Position numbers and translations under genes: made by a program
Notes under the pieces: model-generated
Databases searched by the model: none
Told to the model about the DNA's origin: nothing
What the model saw: only the letters and a program-made list of their open reading frames with translations
Assembly (NCBI GenBank): GCA_028534125.1
Contig: CM052817.1
Coordinates: 17,238,001 to 17,302,000 of the forward strand
DNA: 64,000 bases
Origin: Lama glama
Taxonomy: Eukaryota
Direction of reading: 5' to 3'
In this document: in pieces, positions 12,722-24,820 of the stretch
How positions within the stretch are numbered: position 1 is the first letter of the stretch
How the letters are laid out: every line of letters begins with the position of its first letter

Positions 12722-13758
12722 GTAAGAATGAGGCCGGGGGGGCAGGCCGGAGGGGTGGCCTGTTGACAAGGGGTTGAGGTCACTGTCTTCACCATGTCAC
12801 CTCCTTTGTGTCATCCTCTGCCCTCCATTGTTCAAGATAAGGGATACCACTCGTCAGTCTTGGAGGCTCATGAGTCAGGCATCCCGTGATTTCTGAGGGA
12901 TCTTTTGTTCTTTCATTCATTCAACAAATGTGCCAGCACTGGGATTATAACCAAGCCAGATCCTGTGCTGCTCCTTATAATCCATTTTGTGCTGCACCAG
13001 TTCTGAGGTACTGTGGGAGGTGTGGTGGATGCAGCAGTAAACAGACGAGGCCCCTTCTCAGAGAGTCCTGGAGATGGGGGGCTCTCCCCAAATGAGGGCA
13101 TCAGGAAAGACTTACTGGAAACAGACTATACAGACAGGACAACCGGGGTGCAAGCAAAGGCTGCCTTTCTTTTCCAGGCAGGGTCTGAGGTCTGTCTGCA
13201 GATCAGACAGCCAGGAGGGGGGAAGGGGGCTGAGAAGGGGGCAAGAACCATCTGAAAAGCAAGTGGAGAAAAGAGCAGCGAGGATGTAGCATTCTAGGAT
13301 GCCTGAGGGCCCCAGGCCCTCTCCAAGTGGTGGCTGTGATTGCTACCTTGCTCCCACTTTGTAGAAAACACTCTGTGCTGTTCTGAAGGTGCTTGGGAGA
13401 CCCATTATCTCTGACCCCACACCTAGCAGGTGGTAACTGCTCTTAACCGACTCATCAGTGACACCCATTCAGCTGAGCATGGCGCCTGGTTTGCCTTTGT
13501 ATGCCCCAGAATCCACTGAACCCCTCCTCCCAGAGGCAAATCCATTTAGAGACATGCACAGCAGGTGTCACTAAGTAGACTACTGTGGTGACTGCTTTGA
13601 AAACTGCAACCATGGATGCATCCCATCTCTCGGACTTGCTGTACCTAAGAGCTTATGGCTTCCTGGTTGGGATGAGAGGTGGCGGAGTTCTGAGCTCACT
13701 GTCAAACATCTCAGTGTCTCAGACACTAATAGCCTTCGTGCCTTTTCCCTTCCTCCAG

Positions 13759-13887
13759 AGAGAGACACCAAAGGGAAGATTCTCTGTGTCTTCCAAGGCA
13801 TTGGGAAATTAATTATGCTCCTGGTATTTCTCTACTTCTTCGTATGCTCCTTGGATGTTCTCAGCAGCGCCTTCCAGCTGGTTGGAG
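13759..13887 (+). CDS. SLC34A2: SLC34A2 exon 4: ERDTKGKILCVFQGIGKLIMLLVFLYFFVCSLDVLSSAFQLVG
   Basis: Pyrimidine tract + cAG acceptor, G|GTATGG donor, 129 nt; first transmembrane segment. Confidence 0.97.
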
Positions 13888-15328
13888 GTATGGATAAGAG
13901 AGGTGAAAGGTCCGGGGTGGGGGAGGTGTTCTCATTGAATTTGGCTCAGAACGTCGCAAGTCAGCAAGCTCTCTCCTGCTGCATCCTCCTGGAGTGTTTT
14001 AAGTTTCAGATCATCCTTCACAAGATAACGCCCCCATTTTACAGAAGAGAAAAACCAAGGCCTATAAAAGGTTTGTGACTGGCTGGCTAAAGTGGCAGAA
14101 GCCAGGGTCAGGGCTAAAGCCAAGGCCAGACTATCAGCTCCTTGTGTTTGCTCATGAATCCTGGACAGGAAGTTGTTCGACTTAAAGACTTATCTGAGAG
14201 GTCCCTGCTGTCTTTAGGCCTCTCCACCTGAGGGGATTAGTAGATAAAAGTGTTCTCCCAGGCTAAAGTGACAACCAAAAATCAAAGCTGGCCTTTCCAG
14301 GAGAAGGACAGAGGTCCTATGCTGAGTTAATATGTTTAGGGAGTTGCCTAAACATCTCCTAGTTCTGAGTGTGGCTCAGAAGAGAAGTCACCATGTGCTC
14401 GGTCACCTGTGTATCCCCACTGGGCCACAGCAGTGACAGCCAAGAACCAGCCTTCTGAATGCCTACTGGGTGTAGGTGTAGTCTGAGACATTCCTTCCCA
14501 GAGTCCCTCCCATGTACAGAGGAATGGGCTGAGGCTGAGGAGGTCCCTGCCCAGCAAGCACTAGGTTTCACAGCCTTGTAACTGGCACAGTGGGATTCAA
14601 ACTCAGATCCAGCGACACAGAAGACCAGGGATTTCTGCAGTCGTTGGTGCCTTTCTTGAGAACTCATCTTTGTGACCTGGGAGAACTAGGGGAGCATGAG
14701 GGGCAGACTGACTTGCTGGATGCCGCTTTTGGTCCCCCTGGTCCATAAGGGGCCTCACTCTCTCTCTCAGACAAGCAGTTCCACTCTCCACTCTTCAGTC
14801 TTCTTTTAAAAAATGAACTGGGGGATGGATTGATGGTCTCAGAGGCACATTCTCAAAAATGATGCTTCCAGTATTCAATACAGGCTGGAGCTAGGGGCTG
14901 GGGTTTAGGGAGGTAGATAGAGAAGAATGAGAAGATGCGCTTGGATTGAGCCATCTTCTGAATTGGGAATACATCCCAGAGACTAGAATTAGGGCATCAG
15001 GAGATGTACTGGCACTCATCAAGCCGACCAAGTACTGAGCTGAGGCCAGGCTTGTGATCAGAGAGACTAGACAAGGGCTTGCTGATGGAAGTGGTTCAAG
15101 GATGGGAGGGTGCAGGGTGAAGGGACAAGAGGAATAAGGGTGTGTGGGGAACAGAAGCAGAGGCATGGCATCAGAGCAGCACTGGGGAGAAGCCTGTGGA
15201 AGCCAGATGCCCTAGGTACCAGCGGGGCTGAGGCTGAGCTCCCCAACCCACAGCCGGCTGGCCTTGACTGGAGACTTCCGTTAATCCAGCACCCACCTAA
15301 CCCCCATGGCCATGGGTTTGTTTTTCAG

Positions 15329-15472
15329 GAAAGGTGGCTGGCCAATTCTTCAGCAACAACTCCATTATGACCAACCCTGTGGCGGGGTTGGTGATCGGGG
15401 TGCTGGTGACTGTCCTGGTGCAAAGCTCCAGCACCTCCACATCCATCATTGTCAGCATGGTGGCCTCGTCAT
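15329..15472 (+). CDS. SLC34A2: SLC34A2 exon 5: [48 protein letters not shown]
   Basis: ttttcAG acceptor, T|GTAAGT donor, 144 nt; first QSSS signature of the SLC34 family. Confidence 0.98.
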
Positions 15473-15699
15473 GTAAGTCCAGGTACCCCTGAGCCCAGAC
15501 ACACTTCAGGCACTTATCTGTTCAGCTGGGGACACTGGGATTTACTCTGAATATGTCCAGGCTTGGACTGTTGTCTTCCTGTCTTGTCCACCTCTGTGTT
15601 CTGCTTAGCTCCTAGGCAGCCTCCCGTTTCCATTCCCATGCGGAGTCTGAAAAGTGGCCTGAAAGTCTGAAGACTCAGTCAGTTCTGAATTCTCCATAA

Positions 15700-15870
15700 C
15701 TGTGTCACCCAGTCCAGCAGCTACTAGCTACATGAGGCTCTTTCATTTTATTTAACCGTAAATGCAGCTGCTCGGTTGCACTAGCTGTATTTCAAGGGCT
15801 CAGTAGCCACATGTAGCTGGAGGCTGCATCCTGGATTGTGCAAAGGTAGAACATCGCCACCACTGCTCTT
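15700..15870. mobile_element. MER3-like hAT-Charlie fragment
   Basis: gctactagctacatg...gcactagctgtatttcaagggctcagtagccacatgtagct resembles recalled MER3. Confidence 0.55.
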
Positions 15871-16556
15871 CATGCCGAGAATAGAGGCACAGAGTCACAT
15901 CGCAATATTGACTTGGAGGCAATTGAGCCTGGGGAGCTGACATCCCAAACTCGAACTCGCTCGACATTCCCTCTAAGTTGGGATAAGACCCTCTGAGGGG
16001 GACCAGTTTGAACTGGTGAATTTCCAGCCCAGACCAACATTTTAGCTAAAGTTAACTAGAACTTTTCTGCACCAAATTAGAAAAAGGTTCATTACTTTTC
16101 AAATCTGTTACTTTCGTATTTTAGAATGTTGTGGCAATAAACTGATTTTGTTAGAAAAAAATTATACTTCTGGAAATTTGCCATCATAAATATATACAAG
16201 TCCTTAAACATGATTTCCTGGTCTGCTTTAAGCTAGCCTTGCATCTGTAATAGGGCGGACAGAGAAATTTAGAAAGGAATTTTTAAACTGGGGTCCATAG
16301 AAGGGCTTCATGGAGCCTGTGAATTCCCTGAAATTAAGTGCTGGAATTTTTTTTTTTTGGATATATATGTTTATTTCTTTGGTGAGCTGCCCTGTCTTTT
16401 ATCAGATCCACACAGCAAGGTATAGACCCAAAAGAGTTTAAGAATTACTACTTCAGGGAGTTGCCAGCCTGAACATCAGCTGGCCTTGGGCCACATCAGG
16501 AACATGGCCAGGCTGCCTTCCTAAATGTGCTAACTTAACTCTTTTCCACTCTCCAG

Positions 16557-16668
16557 TGCTGACTGTGAGGACTGCCATCCCCATTATCATGGGGGCCAAC
16601 ATTGGGACCTCAATCACCAACACCATCGTGGCTCTTATGCAGGCAGGAGACCGGAATGAGTTCAGAAG
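16557..16668 (+). CDS. SLC34A2: SLC34A2 exon 6: [37 protein letters not shown]
   Basis: ctccAG acceptor, AG|GTAGGA donor, 112 nt; GANIGTS motif. Confidence 0.98.
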
Positions 16669-17534
16669 GTAGGAGGCTCAGAATCAGCCTTGGCCATCGT
16701 CAGGCGGACCAATGTTGACCTAACTAACCAATGACAGCACGTTTGTTATCCCTGGATCTCTTAGAATGAGCCACAGTGGAGTACAGCTGGGGGTTGGGGT
16801 CATTTCCTGGTTGATTACACTCAGCTCCCTGATCTGCCGGGCTGGGATGGTAGTGTCTGTCCTCACTGTGTTGTCTAAAGGTGTTAACACCATCATGCAG
16901 ATAGATGTTCAGCAAGGTGCCTGGCACACAGTCAGGGCTCCCTAAACACAGTCCTTGCTGAAAGCCTGACCTGCTGTGTAGTGTAGTTAAAACAAGGCCA
17001 CTTAAAATAAGATTTACTATCCTGCTTACTCAGAAATACTTATAACTTCCTAAAGCTTCCATTTTTGGCCAGTTCAACCCACGCCACTTTTTCTTTGTTC
17101 TTCACTCACATGCCAATAAAAGGCAAAATGCATAAGATCTGAAAGTGGGGCGGGGTGAATATAGGCAAAGGAAACCCTTTTCTTCCAAAAGGTTAATGTG
17201 AAAATTAAGCGCATTTTCCAGCCTCTCTTCTAAGTGGTGATGGGCTTTTTCTAGACCTTGTTAAAACAGAGAAGCAGTTCCCTGCTGGTCCACATGGCGC
17301 GCTCAACTGTGGCCTTGGACAGATGGCGTTAAACAGGCTGGTTGGGGGCTGGCAAACAGCATCCCTCGTCCATGCGTGAACTGGCAGATGTCCTCAGAGC
17401 CATTCATTTGCCCTCAGCCATAGCTAAGCTCATTTGGTCTCTGATGTGATGTTCTGAGGGTCGAAATAATGCACATTACCTGGGGTGTTTGCTAATTTGC
17501 TTTTCTCAAAAAGCTGAGTAGACTTTTCTGTATT

Positions 17535-17833
17535 TATTTGTGGTGGGGGAGATTAGGTTTTTATTTACTTATTCATTTATTTAAAAAAATCTGGGGGGGA
17601 GATCATTAGTTCTATTTATTTTATTTATTATTAGTTTAGTTTTTAAAAAAAATTTTTTTAATGGAGGTAGTAGGAATTGAATCTAGGACCTCATGCATGC
17701 TAAGCGTGTGCTCTACCATTTGAGCTACACCTGCCGCCCTTATTTATTTGTTTTTAATGGAGGTACTGGAGATTGAAGCCAGGCTTTCATGTACTCTAAG
17801 CATGCACTCTGCCACTGAGCTATACCTTTCCCT
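17535..17833 (-). mobile_element. Two nested tRNA-Ala-derived camelid SINEs
   Basis: Two reverse-complement heads (...ctctaccatttgagctacacc ~17735; ...ctctgccactgagctatacc ~17830) and two 'ggggggagat(c/t)att/tagg' 3' ends (~17545 and ~17595). Confidence 0.8.
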
Positions 17834-19107
17834 GTGCCCCATTTTATTAATGTAGAAATATAAAGAGGTTAAGTAACTTCACAGAGGGGCATACCTGGGA
17901 CTCAATCCAGGTTTTCTTGTTGGAGATTTGGATTCTTTTCAATGTTAGACTAATTTTTGCCTCTGGGTGTATAAACATACGATCTATGAAAGAGCCCACA
18001 CGTTGGGAATATAATTGCCCGAGTTCACCCCCTGTTTGGGATATTTAAATAGACTGCTTTCAGTATCATCTTTGGAGATGTGACCCATTCTTTCCTGGTT
18101 AATTCTGTCCTAGATAGATTTCTAGAACAATAATTACTGTATCAGACACCTATAAGGCTCGTTACACATTTTGCCAAACTACTAAGAAATGTTTGTATCA
18201 CTTTACTTCAGCACCGAACGAAAATGTCCTAAAGCACCCTCTCCAGGAAGAATAAGCTAACTTCGTAAAATATCGGTTAATAGGGCAGGTGACAGTTTGT
18301 ACTTGCAGCTAAATAAATTGCAAATGCCTTTTACTCCTAGTGAGGTAAAGCGTTTCCCCCTACGTGTTTAACGGCTTCTGTCCGTTCACGTCCCGTGTCC
18401 TATTTGGTTCTCGATATTTCCTGACATGCAGGTGTTTTTTGAAGGAGCATTCTTTGAGGGGAAAAGAAAGTATCTTAATCTGGAGCTGGATAAGGTGGAT
18501 TTCAGGGGGCCGCCGTGAGCCTTCTCAGATAGATGCAGTGTGATCTATATTAGCTTTGTTTCCTGTGAAGACTGTTCAAATGTTTGATTAACGTCTCAAG
18601 CTCCGAAAGAATTCAGTTGTGCAGAAGGCTTTGATGGTCCCCTTCATACCGGCCCCCACCTTTCCAAAAGGAAGGTTGTCTTCAGAATGCACCATTCGAA
18701 AGCCGTCCTGATGCAGTTTTTTCAAATAGGGCTTTTTTGCTGAGCTAATTGTTGCAGCCAGGACACATCTGGTTCCCTTTTCTCCCAAGCAGAACGGACA
18801 GAGTTCTGTCTGATCTGGTGGAAAAGGCTGCTCTGCCAGGCAGTGGGAGAAGAGGGTCCTGGGCCCAGCGCTCTTGCAGGGCTCTTCCGTTCCTCTATGC
18901 CTGCTGGCCCTCAGTTTCCTCATCTGTCGGCTGGGGATATGACAGATTTGGGGACTGCTGTGAGAACAAAACTAAGTGAGATGGCACACATGCAGGCAGA
19001 TAGGTGACACCTGGCAGGTGATACAAGTGATGACCTGCCTGGACGGATGCCCACATGCTGATTGACTAAGCTGGTGGTCGGCTTGGGGTGGGGCTCCCCT
19101 CTTGCAG

Positions 19108-19303
19108 GGCTTTTGCTGGGGCCACAATCCATGACTTCTTCAACTGGCTCTCCGTGTTGGTGCTCTTGCCTCTGGAGGCTGCCAGCTCTTACTTGGAGAG
19201 ACTGACCAACCTGGTGGTGGACTCCTTCCACTTCAAGAGTGGAGAGGATGCCCCGGAACTTCTGAAAGTGATCACAGATCCCTTCACGAAGCTCATCATC
19301 CAG
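19108..19303 (+). CDS. SLC34A2: SLC34A2 exon 7: [24 protein letters not shown]...[13 protein letters not shown]
   Basis: ttgcAG acceptor, CAG|GTAACC donor, 196 nt, phase 2-0. Confidence 0.98.
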
Positions 19304-20010
19304 GTAACCTGGCTTCCTTCCGAGAGGGAAAGGCACTCACCCCTCTCCCTTCTCCCTGTCCTACTCAGCCGGGGAGAGATGGAAGAGATGGACAAGGGTC
19401 AGAACTTCAAGGACACCGATCCGATAGAATAATTGGCTTCAACCTGTGTATCATCTTTATTGGGGTGGGGTGGGAAGTGCTTCTGAGACTCCAGGACTCT
19501 CCATGGACACTTGGGCACTTTGTCCCCACTACTGGCCTCAGCACCCGTGGGGTCACTGGCACAGTAGTTCTCTACTCCTCGCCAAAGAGGGAGAGGTTAC
19601 TGCCTTTCCTGACATCTCATTGCACTACTCACTAGGATATGTCCTTATTATTGAGATAAATGAAAGAAGGCTTTGTGGACGTTGCCTTGGGGAGAAGGGG
19701 CCAGCTTGGACTTTGCCCTTTCACTCTTACCTTCTGTTTTTTTCTGTCACTCAGTCATCCAGTAAGTATCTACCACCTGCTTCCTAGATACTGGTCCATT
19801 GTTCATACAATCATTCATTTATTAAGTCCCCGCTAACATCCAGGTGCCGTGCTCCACCCTGAGAGTGCAGACAGAGTGAGTCCCAACTCACCACTGCAGG
19901 GGCTCACAATCCGGTTCACATCCTCAGAGCCCCTCTTAACAGCTTAACGTGTCCGTCCCACCTCAGTCCTGAGGACGTGCTGACTCTCTTCTGTCAATTG
20001 CCTTCCTCAG

Positions 20011-20106
20011 CTGGATAAAGATGTTATCAACCAAATTGCGATGAATGATGAAACAGCCAAAAACAAGAGTCTGATCAAGATTTGGTGCAAGACTTTTACA
20101 AACGTG
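20011..20106 (+). CDS. SLC34A2: SLC34A2 exon 8: LDKDVINQIAMNDETAKNKSLIKIWCKTFTNV
   Basis: cctcAG acceptor, GTG|GTAAGT donor, 96 nt. Confidence 0.97.
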
Positions 20107-20531
20107 GTAAGTTTCTAAGAGTATTGCAGGGTAGGTAAACTCCTGTGTCTATTCTTGATAAAGCAAAACTTTCATTGAAACTGGGCAAATAAAAGTTAAA
20201 GGAAAAGAAAAATTGGGGACTCCTGAAAAATCAAAACTAGCCAGTGAGAATCCTTAAGTCCTTGAATGCTGGATGGACAGATGTTATGTAGTAGGACAGA
20301 CATACGCAGCCCACATCGTGAGCACATTGTTCCTGGCTTATTTTCATGTCTCTTGGCTTATCTCTGGTGCCTCCTTGTTTCAATTTATGGAGGGACCTAA
20401 GGAAACAGTGCATCATGCTTATAGATGCACAAATGGGTGTGCTTCCCCCGACACCCCCACATTGCCCACCATTCCCTGCTGGAAGTGCGTGTTGAGGACT
20501 ATACATAGCATTTCTCATGTTTGCCATCCAG

Positions 20532-20652
20532 ACTGAGAGGAATGTCACTGTCCCCTCACCTGAGAACTGCACCTCCCCTTCCCTCTGTTGGACGGATGGT
20601 TTATACACCTGGACCATCAAGAATGTGACCTACCAGGAGAACATCGCCAAGT
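20532..20652 (+). CDS. SLC34A2: SLC34A2 exon 9: TERNVTVPSPENCTSPSLCWTDGLYTWTIKNVTYQENIAK
   Basis: atccAG acceptor, T|GTGAGT donor, 121 nt; large glycosylated extracellular loop. Confidence 0.97.
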
Positions 20653-21808
20653 GTGAGTGAGACTCACAGAGCATCAACTGCCGGGAAGGGCTGTCTGGGG
20701 TGATGACGGTTATTTCTTATCCTTATGGAGCCCCAGTAAGTGAAGGAAGTAAGGGCAGTAAGACTCACTGAGCATGATTCTATACCAGCCAGTGAGTTGT
20801 GTATTTTCACAGCAGAGGAAACGAAGGCTTAGGGACAGGGGACAGGCCTAAGGTCCTGCTGTGAGGGGCAGAACTAGGACTTGAAGCTCGGTTCCCCGGC
20901 AATGTCAGAAGGATTCAGAACTCTTCAGCAGATTCCAGAGTTCTCCCTTCATGGGCTTTGGCATCTCTTTGGCAGTAACTCCAGGGAGATGACAGCCAGA
21001 TTTGAAGGAGATGTGGGGCACACACAGAACAGGTCCATTCCCTTTGAGTCATGAGTCCCTACTGTACAGCCAGCTCTGTCCAAGGCACTAGTGCTATAGC
21101 ACTAAACCAAGCAGTGGGCCTACATGATGCTCCAATAATTTTATAAGCTATATTGTCACCCCTGGAATTTTTTATGGCCCAGACATTAGTTCTTCTAATT
21201 ATTCCTTACATGCTCATTTGCATATCTCTGCTTCTCCTTTTCTCCATGCACACCCCCCTCCTCAGAATTAATCCTGAGCCATATCTAGTTGGGGTTTATC
21301 TCACAGAATCAAGTGAACTTATCACCTCCCATGTTCTAAGAGCTATACATCCATTGATACAACCATGTTTTTCTGGAATTATTATAGGAACATGCAGGGT
21401 TTTGTTTTGTTTTGTTTTAAAGGAGTTTTTCAATTAGCAATAGCTCCCACTTGCCCATCCTACCTCACTTTGCTCTTCAAACACTTTGTTGTAGGTATCT
21501 TCAGTAGCATGAGTAAAACACAGGATGGGATGTAGAGGTAGAAGGATGGGGCGGGAGGCCTGGGTTTGCCCCTGGATATTATTTCATCTTCATGATGATG
21601 AGATTCATTGGCCAGAACAAAGCCTCAGGGCTACACTTTGCTGCAAAGGAAGCTGGGATGTGTGGTCTCTACTCTGGGCTGTCATGCGTCAAGCTGACAA
21701 CGAAGATTCTGTTCCTATGAGACAGAAAGATGTTGGGGAATAAATAACGATCTGTGGCTGTCAGGGGCTCCATGCCCTCCTAAGCAGGGCTTTCCATGTT
21801 GTCTTCAG

Positions 21809-21976
21809 GCAAGCACATCTTCGTGAATTTCAGCCTCCCAGATGTTGCCGTGGGCGTCATCCTGCTGGTAGTGTCCCTGCTAGTCCTCTGCAGCTGCCTG
21901 ATCCTAATTGTCAAGCTCCTGGGCTCTGTGCTCAGGGGACAGGTAGCTGTTATCATCAAGAAGACCATCAACACAG
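21809..21976 (+). CDS. SLC34A2: SLC34A2 exon 10: [56 protein letters not shown]
   Basis: cttcAG acceptor, G|GTAAGC donor, 168 nt. Confidence 0.98.
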
Positions 21977-22730
21977 GTAAGCACACTGCCCCTCATTCCA
22001 GACTTTCTAGGGGATGGCATCACTGTGTCCCCCCGACTCAAGGGAGGATCTCTGCGTGGAGTTTCTTTCTTGGATCTGATACGTTGCTGAAATTAGGATG
22101 CCATTCACCCTTGAAATCTTTCTCAGTGTCGTGGGTGGGGCCCGGGAAGCAGGCACAGACTTTCATCACTTGTTTGCAAGGTCCAGTGAAAGAGCCAGCT
22201 CAAATCCAGAGAGCTATGAGACAGGCCTTCCTTCCTGGCAGGTGCCTTATTTGCCCAGGACTCTACTGGGTCTGTCAGGATCCCTGTGGAAAAGGCTAAT
22301 GAAGTTCACCCTGGTACCTACTTCCCTCCATCTCTTGGGAAGAAAACAGGGTACTGGATAAATGCATCACTGAGGCAACCAGTGAGGCTCCATTGGCCAA
22401 GAGGGGCTCCTGCTGAGTATGGCATCCTGGCCAATGTGAGTGTCCCCGTGACACCTCATGAAGTGGGGCTGAAGAAGCCTACCTCCCAGGGTCGTCATGA
22501 GGACGAGCTGAGGGGCTCTATTCATGCAGACTACACAGGGCCTGATCCTCTGCTGATGTGGCCGAGGGCGGGGTCTGTAGGGCTTCCATGCTGCCTCATT
22601 TTTCTCCAGTGCCCCTTCAGGTGGAAACAAAGGTGGAGGGTGTGCAGTGCTGGGAGACCAGGACAGCAGAAAAGACAGAGGTTCTGAGTGCTCCAAGTGC
22701 TTTGTGGGAGGAAGGTTGTTCCGTAGACGA

Positions 22731-23106
22731 TGTCTTAGTCAGTTCAGCTGCTGTAACAAATTCTTATAGCTTAAACAACAGAAATTTATTTCTCCCAGTT
22801 CTGGAGACTGGGAGACCCAAGGTGAAGGCACCAGCATGACTGGGTTCTGATGAGGCACCCACTTCCTGGTTTACAGATGGCCACCTTCTCACTGTCCTCA
22901 CATAGAGGAGGGAGTGGAGAGGAAGCAAGCTCTTTCTTCTGCGAAAGCACTGATCCACTCATCAAGACTCCAGCCTCATGGCCTAATTACCACCCAAAGG
23001 CCTCATGTCCTAATATAATCACATTGGGGGTTAGTTTCAACACATGAATTTAGCCCAGGGCGGGGGGAGGTGGGGAGGTATGTGGACACAAACATTCCAT
23101 CTGTAA
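22731..23106 (-). mobile_element. MLT1A-like MaLR solo LTR in intron 10
   Basis: tgtcttagtc...gctgctgtaacaaa...gcttaaacaacagaaatttatttctc...cacattgggggttagtttcaacacatgaattt; reverse-complement relative of 58131-58516. Confidence 0.8.
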
Positions 23107-23373
23107 GAGATGGGAGATGGGTTCAGCATTCAGACCTCCAGTGAATCTGTTTTTATCTTCATAACATATACCCACATCCTTGGTTCCACCATCTGAATAT
23201 GCAAGATGAAAGGATGCTGATAATCCAATTTGCAATTTCAGACCTCAGAGGCTTTTATGCAACCTATCCCTCTGGCCAGCCATGCCCCCTGGGTCCTACA
23301 GAGGTACCAGCTGGGCCTCCAGCCCATGCCTTCCCCAGGACTGTGACACATCTTTTTATCCTCTGTCTTCCAG

Positions 23374-23490
23374 ATTTCCCTTTCCCCTTTGCCTGGTTGA
23401 CTGGCTACCTGGCCATCCTTGTGGGGGCAGGCATGACCTTCATCGTTCAGAGTAGCTCCGTGTTCACATCTGCTATGACCCCACTGATTG
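23374..23490 (+). CDS. SLC34A2: SLC34A2 exon 11: [39 protein letters not shown]
   Basis: ttccAG acceptor, G|GTGAGT donor, 117 nt; second QSSS signature. Confidence 0.98.
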
Positions 23491-23576
23491 GTGAGTTTCT
23501 CTCTCTGGCCACCATTACCATCTCCTGTCATCTTCTGGGGCTGATGCTATGGGCTTTGTATTTTCACCCTCCCTAG

Positions 23577-23701
23577 GTATTGGTGTGATATCCATCGAGA
23601 GGGTATATCCACTCACACTGGGCGCCAACCTCGGCACCACCACCACCGCCATCCTGGCAGCCTTAGCCAGCCCCGGCAGTACTTTGAGGAGCTCAATCCA
23701 G
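23577..23701 (+). CDS. SLC34A2: SLC34A2 exon 12: [42 protein letters not shown]
   Basis: ccctAG acceptor after 86-nt intron, CAG|GTCAGG donor, 125 nt. Confidence 0.98.
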
Positions 23702-24254
23702 GTCAGGAAATAACTGCATGGGGCAGGGGCTCTGTGGGTGGGATCCAACCCCATCTGTGGTCTTGCAAGCAAATGGTTTCTAACCAAGAAACCAAGCCGT
23801 GCTTTTCTCTGTTACGTCCAAAACTGTGATGTGGAGAAGTCACAGGGAGACAGATTTGAGACAAAAGTCAAAGGCATCTTCTCCTTAGAGTGGTAGTCAG
23901 ACTTCCATCACCAGCGGTTGTTTAAACAAAGGTGGGGGTGACCATTTTGATAGAAGTGACAAAGGTATTCAGGAAGCACAGACACCACTTCCCATCTCCT
24001 GCCCTTCTCTTGGTGAACTCTGCCTGGACATTGGGAGGCCTGGCATTGAGAAGAATCAGGGGGACCTGCTATGCCTGGAACAACTCGGTCACCTTGGGCA
24101 AGATGACCTTTAGCATTTGAATCATTGTCCCACCATTTACACACTAAGCAACCTTAAACAGATGACCTAACCTTTGAGCATCAATTCCCTTATCTGAAAA
24201 ATGGGAACCATAATCCTTATCTCAGGATTATTATAAATGAGGCACTGTCTAAAG

Positions 24255-24540
24255 CCATGCTGTCAATAGAAATATAAAATGAGTATAGAATATATGAGCC
24301 ACTCATGAAATTTGAAATTTTTTAGTGGGCACATACTTAAAAAGTAAAAAGGAACAGGGAGATTAATTTAAATAATGTACTTGATTTAACCCATTATCAT
24401 TACAACATGTAACTGATCTAAAAAAGAATGATATTTTATATTCCTTTTTGGACTAAGTCTTTGAAATCCAGCGTGTATTTTGCACTTATGCCACACCTGA
24501 ATGGACTGTGGCTCATGTATCAAGACAGGGCTGGTCCAAC
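24255..24540. mobile_element. MER33/Charlie1-like hAT fragment
   Basis: catgctgtcaatagaaatata...aaaagtaaaaaggaacaggga gattaatttaaataat...actaagtctttgaaatccagcgtgtattttgcactta; similar to the reverse complement of 34560-34770. Confidence 0.6.
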
Positions 24541-24589
24541 GCCCCCAGTGTGTTGCTCGGCACCTGGTGGGCACACATGGCCAAGTGAA

Positions 24590-24820
24590 AGTGTGTGGCC
24601 TCTGGAGCCAGGCTACCTGGCTTTGAATCCCATCTATCACCTCCCACCTGTGTGATGCTAGGAAAATTGCTTAACCTCGTGGTGCCTCAATTTCCTCCTA
24701 TGTCAAATGGGGATAACGTTGCCACCTCATAGGATATTTTTTGACGATTGAAGTAATCCACATAAAGTGCTTGGAACACTTGCCTCGCACAGAGTAAACA
24801 CTCTACACACAGCAGCTGCT
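24590..24820 (+). mobile_element. MIR SINE (one of many; others at ~800-1000, 4120-4350, 5780-5950, 9380-9820, 40600-40770, 42080-42300, 59230-59430, 61800-62230)
   Basis: MIR core: ttgcttaacctc..tgcctcaatttcctcctatgtcaaatggggataa...ataaagtgcttggaaca. Confidence 0.75.

Noticed and set aside
23199..23576. ORF reading through intron 11 to the acceptor TAG (similarly intron 2 read-through to 12590)
   Set aside because: Short introns often lack stops; retention would give premature stops and there is no evidence of function.
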